Assembly (NCBI GenBank): GCA_018817645.1
Contig: JAHITK010000014.1
Coordinates: 9,989 to 73,988 of the forward strand
Direction of reading: 5' to 3'
Origin: Patescibacteria group bacterium
GTDB lineage: Bacteria; Patescibacteriota; Minisyncoccia; Minisyncoccales; PEYH01
DNA: 64,000 nucleotides
A program made the translations under genes and the position numbers. This document shows positions 17,632 through 24,077 of this stretch, in pieces. Within the stretch, counting starts at the first letter, position 1, and every line of letters starts with the position of its first letter. The notes below the pieces were generated by a model that saw only the letters and a list, made by a program, of their open reading frames with translations, was not told the DNA's origin and did no database searches.

Positions 17632-18036
17632 TCATGGTACTATTCTCCTTGGAACTCTCCTTTTTAGCCATTGCCCCGCAAAAGCGCAGGAAGCGATAGC
17701 AAGGAAGAATGTGCCGATGGCCTCATATCGTGCTGCGTATGCCAACACGAATGTAGCCAGAAGGGAGATCGTGCTCACACCACACGCCCAAAACGAGATC
17801 AGTTTGGGTTTATTCGGCAATCTCGCAGGATTGTCGAAATCCGTGTAGTTCTTGACCAGCATTTTGAACACTTTCAACCAAAGTCCAGTCACGATCAACC
17901 CTATGAGGGTGAAAGCGAAGATAAGCAGTTTCATCGCCAATCCCCCAGGATTGATCTTCGTAAGATTCAATCCCTTGAACGGACTCTTGAGCTTAAGTTT
18001 CTTGTTCCAACGCAACACCTTTTCGTACCCGTACAC
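17632..18036 (-). CDS. Hypothetical membrane protein (GC-rich cassette)
   Basis: GTG at 18036 sits 5 nt after AAGGAGG (the track start at 18060 is TTG). 3-4 TM helices. The overlapping plus-frame ORFs are probably compositional. Confidence 0.55.
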   Translation of the reverse strand: MYGYEKVLRWNKKLKLKSPFKGLNLTKINPGGLAMKLLIFAFTLIGLIVTGLWLKVFKMLVKNYTDFDNPARLPNKPKLISFWACGVSTISLLATFVLAYAARYEAIGTFFLAIASCAFAGQWLKRRVPRRIVP

Positions 18037-18099
18037 GACGACCTCCTTATGTTTTGACAAAGTTCTGTATCTATTACTCGTTCTCGTTTAATTATGTAT

Positions 18100-18129
18100 A
18101 TTATACCATACTAAATGGCATTCTGTCAA
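18100..18129 (-). promoter_or_regulatory. Near-consensus extended -10 promoter for 17632-18036
   Basis: Minus strand reads TTGACA (18129-18124), 18-nt spacer, TGgTATAAT (18108-18100). Confidence 0.6.
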
Positions 18130-18337
18130 TGGCTCAACTTCAAAAACCCTGACAAAGCAAGATAAAAAATAGTACACGTCCCTATTTCGTCAAATCATCC
18201 CTGGAGAAAATTCACAATTAACTCGAAACCTGAAGTTTCTATTTCCTTAAAAACCTGACATTTCTAAATCCTTTTGACATATTCAGAGAAATACTTGACA
18301 AGTATTCTGTGTTTGATAATATGATAGTATTACTACG

Positions 18338-18378
18338 AAAAAGACCCTATTAAGGCTCGTCCTTAATGGGGTCTTTTT
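18338..18378. terminator. Strong bidirectional intrinsic terminator
   Basis: AAAAAGACCCTATTAAGG-CTCGT-CCTTAATGGGGTCTTTTT. 13-bp stem flanked by A-run and T-run. Confidence 0.75.
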
Positions 18379-18458
18379 CATTTCTTATCTTTAAGATAGA
18401 GCGTTGGTCATTGATATAGGATATTTTGGCGCCTGTTCTTTTCAAAAGTATTGAGCAC

Positions 18459-18551
18459 TTTTCCTTAGGTGCTGGCGATAATATGCCTAATAATTTATCT
18501 TTCTCATGTAAAAGAAAAAAATAGAAGAAAAAATAGAGTTGACCCCATTTT
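18459..18551. repeat. Dispersed ~85-bp repeat (copy 1) ending in AAAAAATAGAGTTGACCCCATTTT
   Basis: Matches 22168-22247 base for base, except for a 13-nt internal duplication. Confidence 0.85.
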
Positions 18552-18605
18552 TGACATTTTTGACCCCATTTTTGATGACCATTTTTGACCCCATTTTTGA
18601 TTTTC
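18539..18605. repeat. Iteron-like array of TTGAC(CC)CATTTTT units
   Basis: Reads TTGACCCCATTT TTGACATTTT TGACCCCATTTT TGATGACCATTT TTGACCCCATTTT TGATTTTCATTTTTT. Spacing is 10-13 bp. Confidence 0.7.
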
Positions 18606-18633
18606 ATTTTTTCTAGCGGGATAGTCTTTTTAT

Positions 18634-19881
18634 TTACGGCAGATTCACAGAACGATCTGTGATTGATTTCTCGGCACAAGAGAGTGCATCTTCTTCTCGC
18701 GGACACTCTTCTGAAAAATAATATTTTGTTGCCTTAAAATTTAAAATCCCTAATTTTTCATCTAAACTTGTAATTTCGTAATTTGTATCTTCTTCCTCTA
18801 ATAATGTGCTTTCTCCTCCCGAAACAAGATTCTTAAAATAAATAGCAGCATCATTAGAAGGTCCGGGCATCGAATAATGCGGGGTTTTATCCCCTTCAGC
18901 GACATAAACAACTTTCCCAAAAGAGTCATAGAAATGGGCACTGGAATTTGCTATCCAATCAGATTGCTTAGTTTTGAACGATAAAATTTGATATCCAGGA
19001 TCGACACTTCCTCCGCCCGCTCCCGGAGACCCCTTGCAAGTATCCAAAATAACCCCGCTGTCGTCTTTGACTATCGCATAAGGGAGCAGTAATGCCATCC
19101 AATTGCTTCCTCCTTCGACTTCCACGTCTTTTATCAAAGTTGACATTGATAGATCCTTGTCATAAATAACTAATCTTACTAACTGATTCTCCCAATATTT
19201 CATTTCCTCGCCACCCGAATTAAGATATGCTCTCAATATTTTATTACTATTATGAAATGGAATCGATAAGATATGATAGAAGCCAGATTGCGGAGTGTCG
19301 ACAGGATAATCTCCTTCTCCGTTATCATATTGATTTGGGAACCTAAACGGATTTTCTTTTTCCATAACTGGACAGGGGCAATATCTATTCCAATAATCAA
19401 AAATCCAATCCACGTCAGCCATAATCGTCTGGCTGCTTCTTTTACAACTATAGACGCAATGATAATAAAATATACTATCGTCCTCTATGCTTTGGAGAGA
19501 GCAATCATTAAGGTCTACCCCATTATCCTCTATATATTTAGAAGTTCCTTTATCATTAAAAGCGGCGGTGCAGGCGGCTATCTTTTCATCTTCTGTGGGA
19601 TTCAGCGGAAGATTATCTTTGATAATAGAAAGGGGAAATTCTATTGTCTTCTCCGCGCCCGCGCCTTGAGGTGTGCTAGTTCCATCTGTGGTCGTGGCGG
19701 AAGGCATAGATGTGGGGCTCGACGTAGGCATATTTGTTAAAACTGGCTCCATCTCAATTGATTTATTTTCACCTAAATACCAGGCCACTGCTCCGATAAT
19801 TATTGCTAACAAAACGACTATAAAAAAAGCGATAGGAATAGAGGTCCCTTTATTAAGGCATGATTTAATGTCTTTAAACAT
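18634..19881 (-). CDS. Hypothetical membrane-anchored extracellular protein
   Basis: 415 aa. N-terminal TM (IAFFIVVLLAIIIGAVAWYL), S/T/P linker, Cys-containing globular region. Confidence 0.65.
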   Translation of the reverse strand: MFKDIKSCLNKGTSIPIAFFIVVLLAIIIGAVAWYLGENKSIEMEPVLTNMPTSSPTSMPSATTTDGTSTPQGAGAEKTIEFPLSIIKDNLPLNPTEDEKIAACTAAFNDKGTSKYIEDNGVDLNDCSLQSIEDDSIFYYHCVYSCKRSSQTIMADVDWIFDYWNRYCPCPVMEKENPFRFPNQYDNGEGDYPVDTPQSGFYHILSIPFHNSNKILRAYLNSGGEEMKYWENQLVRLVIYDKDLSMSTLIKDVEVEGGSNWMALLLPYAIVKDDSGVILDTCKGSPGAGGGSVDPGYQILSFKTKQSDWIANSSAHFYDSFGKVVYVAEGDKTPHYSMPGPSNDAAIYFKNLVSGGESTLLEEEDTNYEITSLDEKLGILNFKATKYYFSEECPREEDALSCAEKSITDRSVNLP

Positions 19882-19929
19882 ATTGTCCAGATTAATTATT
19901 TTATTATATCATAAAATCTACTAAAAAAA

Positions 19930-20035
19930 TATTTTCAACGCTCCTCGGTCGCACTAACGCCATCCCGTTAATTTAGCCATATATTCGAATCCTAACGGGG
20001 TGCCTGAAAATTGACCTCCAGAAACGTTGAAAATA
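19930..20035 (-). other. Structured GC-rich non-coding element / complex terminator
   Basis: 11-bp outer stem TATTTTCAACG/CGTTGAAAATA encloses an 8-bp inner stem (TCCCGTTA/TAACGGGG). On the minus strand a T7 run follows. Confidence 0.45.
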
Positions 20036-20044
20036 CAGGGCTTC

Positions 20045-20087
20045 TCGGTCGCACATGCCTGCCTGTGCTGAGCTTGTCGAAGTGTTG
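20045..20087. repeat. 43-bp direct repeat, left copy (island boundary)
   Basis: TCGGTCGCACATGCCTGCCTGTGCTGAGCTTGTCGAAGTGTTG is identical to 23949-23991. Confidence 0.9.
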
Positions 20088-20201
20088 TCCTAGTCGGTCT
20101 AGAACCTGAGCGGGTCAATCCTCGTAAGGGTTTCTGGGATAGTTTCCGAACATCCATTTAATGCCTCTCGGTCGGGGGGCCTATGGCCTATTCTGTACTG
20201 T

Positions 20202-21254
20202 TCACTTTACCGCGTAATTCATAGCAGCAAATTCATACTGACTAATAAAAATTCTTTTAAGGGGCGAGAGAGAGTTAATCTCATAAAATACCAGCATTGC
20301 TTCGCGATATTCATTTTCGTCTACGCTCCGGTACGAAAGAGGGGCAAGGCCATGAGAAATTAGTAAAGCGTTGGTCATTAGACGTGCTGTTCGTTTATTA
20401 CCATCTTCAAAGGGTTGAATATAGCTAATTCCAATAAGGGCGAGTAGTGCTTTGGCGTAAGGCGTATTTAGCGTTGAGATAACCTTTGAAAGTTTTTTTA
20501 CCGCTTCTTCAATTTGATATCCATTATCCAATGGTTGATATTTCGAACCCACCACTCCAACCGGTTTTTTCCGCAAACCCAAATCAACGCTTAGATCTTT
20601 AACTAAAACTGCATGAAGTTTCTCTATGTTTACTCGTGTAAGATCGCGGAAAAGCGACAAATTTTGGCGGATGAAAACAAAGGCCTCTTTGTGGTTTAAA
20701 ATCATTCGCGCTTCTTTTTTATCATGTCCTTCTGCTTCCTTATTATTTAGAATCAATCTTTCGGTATCAAGAAGCGTATATGTATTGCCCTCAATTTTTG
20801 ATGACTTCCAGGCAAGCTCAATAACCAACCGCTCCAGCTCTTTTTTTTGAACAACTGCGGATGTGTTTTTTGTCCTCTTTTCATATTCAGCCGTTGCGGC
20901 GTTGAGAACTTTTAATTCATTCTCGTCGAAAATATCTCTTGGCACAGATTGGAATAGTTCAAAGTTATATCTGCTTAATCCGAATCTTCTGTCTGGTTCA
21001 ACAGCGCAATATTCCTTTGCATCAATAGGGGCAAATAAACGGCCATTGACGCTTACCCGGTAAGTTATAGATGGCCCGGAGCCAGAAACGACAAGCAGGC
21101 CGGATGCCGCCATACCAGAAAGCGCCCGTTTAATAGTAACAAGAGAAACCTTATCGCCTTCCTCTGTTATTTTTGAGTGAACAGCAGAGGATGATAGAGC
21201 GCCGTTTTTAAGAATTATTAAAAGTATTTTCGATTGTTTTTGATTCATTCCCAT
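20202..21254 (-). CDS. Fic family protein with N-terminal wHTH; catalytic His replaced by Gln
   Basis: 350 aa. Fic motif region reads QPFEDGNKRTARL, where the canonical form is HxFx(D/E)GNGRxxR. Confidence 0.8.
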   Translation of the reverse strand: MGMNQKQSKILLIILKNGALSSSAVHSKITEEGDKVSLVTIKRALSGMAASGLLVVSGSGPSITYRVSVNGRLFAPIDAKEYCAVEPDRRFGLSRYNFELFQSVPRDIFDENELKVLNAATAEYEKRTKNTSAVVQKKELERLVIELAWKSSKIEGNTYTLLDTERLILNNKEAEGHDKKEARMILNHKEAFVFIRQNLSLFRDLTRVNIEKLHAVLVKDLSVDLGLRKKPVGVVGSKYQPLDNGYQIEEAVKKLSKVISTLNTPYAKALLALIGISYIQPFEDGNKRTARLMTNALLISHGLAPLSYRSVDENEYREAMLVFYEINSLSPLKRIFISQYEFAAMNYAVK

Positions 21255-21372
21255 ATTATACTATTCGTATCAATTATACACATTTATCGTATCATATTGA
21301 TACGATAAACACAACTATTAATAAGTATTATGAAATTAGTAAAAAATTAAAAACATATCCGGATTTACGGAT

Positions 21373-22131
21373 TTATGCTATTCCTTGGCCGTTCAATTCT
21401 CGGCCGAATTTTGTTTTCATAAAACGCAAAAACATTTTCAGAGATGATAGGATTTCATTCTCGTCCCGACCATCAAAAAGAACATGGTTTTGCCACCAAC
21501 GCGGGAACTCATATGTCGCGAACTCCAACCTAATTGCCTCAAAGCTTAAAAAACCGACCCAGAAAACTCTTTCAAAGAAGATTTCAACAACTCTATAGTG
21601 TTCTTCCGCTTCCTTTTTGGATAGTTTCTCTTCTTGAGATAAAAATTCTTTATAACAAGGCAAAATTTCTTTTTCCACCTGCCGCTTAAACGGCTTTTGG
21701 CGTCTTCCCATTTCTTCCAGCATCGCTGTATAATCGTCATAAGGCATTTCGCTACCTCCGACGATAACTTTCGGCATACGGCTATCACTTAGCTTTTTGG
21801 AGCTGGATTCTTTTTTTATTTCTACTGATATCATCTGCTGCGGGGATTTACCGCCTAACGACCGGTGAGGAAAGGCATTCCACGCATCAGTGCTAACTCT
21901 CAAAATTTCATCAAATTTTTTAGTTTTGATATCAGTGATATCTTTAATATCTTTAAAACAGTGAAAAAACTTTTTTTGAAAATTATTACTGGCCTCGCTC
22001 GCTGAATCGCCATAATCATTAAAAATCCAGTCCTTCACTTTGGCAACACTCAAAACACCACTAAGTTTATACTGGGATATAATCTTTTGCAGTCTTTCTC
22101 TTACATCTTTTTCAGCCAATTTTTTGAACAT
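21373..22131 (-). CDS. Hypothetical protein
   Basis: 252-aa ORF with no motif I can name. Preceded by the dispersed 85-bp repeat. Confidence 0.55.
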   Translation of the reverse strand: MFKKLAEKDVRERLQKIISQYKLSGVLSVAKVKDWIFNDYGDSASEASNNFQKKFFHCFKDIKDITDIKTKKFDEILRVSTDAWNAFPHRSLGGKSPQQMISVEIKKESSSKKLSDSRMPKVIVGGSEMPYDDYTAMLEEMGRRQKPFKRQVEKEILPCYKEFLSQEEKLSKKEAEEHYRVVEIFFERVFWVGFLSFEAIRLEFATYEFPRWWQNHVLFDGRDENEILSSLKMFLRFMKTKFGRELNGQGIA

Positions 22132-22140
22132 AAATAACGG

Positions 22141-22247
22141 AAAAATAGATTTGACACCAATTTTTATTTTTCCTTAGGTGCTGGCGATAATATGCCTAAT
22201 AATTTATCTTTCTCATGTAAAAGAAAAAATAGAGTTGACCCCATTTT
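22141..22247. repeat. Dispersed ~85-bp repeat (copy 2) flanked by a degenerate and a perfect TAGAGTTGACCCCATTTT motif
   Basis: 22168-22247 matches 18459-18551. 22141-22165 (AAAAATAGATTTGACACCAATTTTT) is a degenerate motif copy. Confidence 0.85.
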
Positions 22248-22268
22248 CCCCATTTTCCCCTTATCTGC

Positions 22269-22295
22269 CCTCCCCCTCGCAAGGCGATGGGGAGG
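22269..22295. repeat. GC hairpin CCTCCCCCTCGC/GCGATGGGGAGG
   Basis: 12-bp stem with one mismatch. Related to the perfect hairpin at 22868-22897. Confidence 0.7.
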
Positions 22296-22332
22296 ATTAA
22301 GGTGGGGGTGGAGAATTTAATTTGAAAAAAAG

Positions 22333-22611
22333 TTATGTCACGAGAATAAAGGCGAGTGCTAGTTCTAGTAGATATATGATTATGCCAGCTATTGCATATT
22401 TTCTATATTTCGGGTTTTTTCTACCTACATAACATAGAGGTGCTCCAGTCAACAATAAAATACCATAGACGCAAAGACTCAAAATCGTATATCCAAACAT
22501 ACACTCACCCACTATCCATCCACTGCAGCTAGATTCATCAGTAGAAATTACCATTAACCAAAAAAAGCAGTGGGGGCACCAAAAAAGAAAGTAATGCAAG
22601 TATAAAGCCAA
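22333..22611 (-). CDS. Hypothetical small membrane protein (holin-like by context only)
   Basis: 92 aa with 3 hydrophobic segments. Overlaps 22538-22729 in another frame near A6-A7 homopolymers. Confidence 0.4.
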   Translation of the reverse strand: MALYLHYFLFWCPHCFFWLMVISTDESSCSGWIVGECMFGYTILSLCVYGILLLTGAPLCYVGRKNPKYRKYAIAGIIIYLLELALAFILVT

Positions 22612-22729
22612 GCATCCCCGATATGTCTTTTTGGGCTATTTCTTTTTTGTCTACTTTTCGCCACTTCCTTATTATTCTTATTATAACCAAAGGGATTACT
22701 ATAGCAACCAAAGGTAATAATAGTGACAT
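22538..22729 (-). CDS. Hypothetical small membrane protein
   Basis: 63 aa with two TM segments separated by RKWRKVDKKE. Possibly the N-terminal part of a frameshifted gene together with 22333-22611. Confidence 0.4.
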   Translation of the reverse strand: MSLLLPLVAIVIPLVIIRIIRKWRKVDKKEIAQKDISGMLGFILALLSFLVPPLLFLVNGNFY

Positions 22730-22867
22730 TTTTTTAAATTGCTTAATAGTATTTTTAGTATATTTATTATACCAAACAAGTTCTAACGTTGTATAGTATC
22801 TGAAGCTGTCTATCGAGTCTATCGAGATTGAACCTCGATAGTTCTCTTGACCTCCCCCTCCTAAAAT

Positions 22868-22897
22868 CCCTCCCCCTCGCCAAGGCGAGGGGGAGGG
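22868..22897. repeat. Perfect 14-bp GC hairpin CCCTCCCCCTCGCC-AA-GGCGAGGGGGAGGG
   Basis: Read directly from the sequence. Same orientation and sequence family as 22269-22295. Confidence 0.85.
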
Positions 22898-22988
22898 ATA
22901 AAGGGAAGGGGAGAAGAAGGAAGAAGAAGGGAGGAGGAAAAAGAAAAAGGGATTTAGGAGGGGGAGGATTTAGGTGGGGGAGAAAAAT
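22884..22988 (+). repeat. Polypurine (G/A) tract of ~100 nt
   Basis: GGCGAGGGGGAGGGATAAAGGGAAGGGGAGAAGAAGGAAGAAGAAGGGAGGAGGAAAAAGAAAAAGGGATTTAGGAGGGGGAGGATTTAGGTGGGGGAG. Only a handful of pyrimidines. Confidence 0.8.
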
Positions 22989-23090
22989 TTATTTCAGTTC
23001 GTCGCCGGGAAGTTCGGATTTGGGGAAAACCAAGCTAGGTTTTTTGAAAACCGCAAAAAGGCGAGTAGAAAAAAGAGAAAAAAATAGAGA

Positions 23091-23114
23091 AAAAAATAGA
23101 GTTGACCCCATTTT
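23091..23114. repeat. AAAAAATAGAGTTGACCCCATTTT motif (copy 3)
   Basis: The identical 24-mer occurs at 18528-18551 and 22224-22247. A 1-mismatch copy is at 63443-63466. Confidence 0.85.
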
Positions 23115-23159
23115 CCACATTTTCCATTTTCCCTGGCTGAACATCATTTACTTATTAAA

Positions 23160-23687
23160 TTACTCTATCATTTTTTCAAACTTTCCCCAATCAAAATTCC
23201 ATGGGTCTGTTTTTCTGCCCGGAGCCACTGCTTCGTGGCCGAGAATATTGGCCAAAGGAATATTATATGCCTCTGCCTTATACTTAACCAATTTCGCTAA
23301 AGATTGATATTGGGCCTCATTGGGCGATTCTGATTGATGATATATAAGTTCTATCCCGATTGAAAAATTATTAACACCAATCCTACCATCCGGCATCTCG
23401 CTGACGCCGGCGTGATAAGCTATGTTATTATCGTCGACTAATTGATAAATACTCCCCTCTCTGTCTATAAGATAATGAGGAGATACTTGATATGTTCTAA
23501 ACTCTTTTATTACCCCCTCAACACTATAAGGATCATCTCCAAGGGCATCATATGCAGAATGGATAATAATAGTATCTATCTCGCGCGAGCCAGAATATTT
23601 CTTATATCCCCATGTAACTAATTTATTGATAATAGTAGGCTCGCTGGCTAACTCCTCAACTGGTTCAATATTAGCCTCGCTCCCCAT
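23160..23687 (-). CDS. N-acetylmuramoyl-L-alanine amidase (Amidase_2/PGRP, endolysin-like)
   Basis: IIIHSAY...SPHYLIDREGSIYQLV...AYHAG...NNFSIGIELI...ILGHEAVAPGRKTDP matches the T7-lysozyme/AmpD-type pattern. Confidence 0.85.
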   Translation of the reverse strand: MGSEANIEPVEELASEPTIINKLVTWGYKKYSGSREIDTIIIHSAYDALGDDPYSVEGVIKEFRTYQVSPHYLIDREGSIYQLVDDNNIAYHAGVSEMPDGRIGVNNFSIGIELIYHQSESPNEAQYQSLAKLVKYKAEAYNIPLANILGHEAVAPGRKTDPWNFDWGKFEKMIE

Positions 23688-23726
23688 TTCCTGACCCGTT
23701 TCTTTTTCTGTTAACCCATTTTCTTG

Positions 23727-23924
23727 CTAGCCATCGCTTATTGTTTGTGTCGGCTCGGGATTCACTGTCTGTTGTTCGCGCTCAACTTGCGTATAGCTTT
23801 CAATTGGTTTCTCCTGCGACAGACGCCACAAGCCAAACACAACACTTAAAATACCTAGTCCCGTGACAAATAATAAGACGATCACAAGTGGATCAAATAT
23901 TTTATTCGGATTTATTAACCTCAT
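23727..23924 (-). CDS. Hypothetical small membrane protein upstream of the amidase
   Basis: MRLINPNKIFDPLVIVLLFVTGLGILSVVFGLW signal-anchor-like TM. Same reading frame as the amidase, separated by one TAG. The track start at 23960 lies inside the 43-bp repeat. Confidence 0.45.
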   Translation of the reverse strand: MRLINPNKIFDPLVIVLLFVTGLGILSVVFGLWRLSQEKPIESYTQVEREQQTVNPEPTQTISDG

Positions 23925-23948
23925 AAAGTTAGAGTATTTTGACCCCTT

Positions 23949-23991
23949 TCGGTCGCACATGCCTGCCTGTGCTGAGCTTGTCGAAGTGTTG
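23949..23991. repeat. 43-bp direct repeat, right copy (abuts tRNA 3' end)
   Basis: Identical to 20045-20087. Its last 2-3 nt overlap the 3' end of the tRNA-like gene. Confidence 0.9.
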
Positions 23992-24059
23992 CGGGGCTTG
24001 GATTCGGACCAAGATAGCCGCCTCCAAGGGGCGGTGTCCTACCGTTAGACGACCCCGCA
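23989..24059 (-). tRNA. Atypical tRNA-Gln(UUG)-like gene (C33 and C55)
   Basis: Reads TGCGGGG TC GTCT AACGGTA GGAC A CCGCC CCTTGGA GGCGG CTAT CTTGG TCCGAAT CCAAG CCCCGCA A. U1:A72 as in bacterial tRNA-Gln, but the anticodon loop has C at 33 and the T-loop reads TCC instead of TTC. Confidence 0.55.
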
Positions 24060-24077
24060 GTAAAAATCTTTCTACTA

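Noticed and set aside
18295-18378. Plus-strand promoter TTGACA-16-TAATAT (18295-18322) feeding directly into the terminator hairpin, implying a ~50-nt RNA
   Set aside because: The predicted transcript would consist of little more than the terminator itself. This is more likely a chance promoter-like match in AT-rich DNA. It is kept only as a note.
18350-18706. 118-aa minus-strand ORF
   Set aside because: It runs through the iteron-like array, the dispersed 85-bp repeat and the bidirectional terminator, and its 5' end overlaps the preceding gene.
19954-20157. 67-aa minus-strand ORF
   Set aside because: It spans the 43-bp island repeat and GC-rich structured non-coding sequence, with no start context.
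21546-21788. 80-aa ORF nested in 21373-22131, and similar nested or antisense ORFs throughout (e.g. 2332-2625+, 9362-9694+, 24241-24804+, 31275-31934+)
   Set aside because: They are fully contained within longer ORFs that carry clear family motifs or a better context, which is typical of shadow ORFs.
22828-23307. 159-aa plus-strand ORF (KGKGRRRKKKGGGKRKR...)
   Set aside because: It is a translation of the polypurine tract and repeat motifs, and its 3' part is antisense to the amidase gene.
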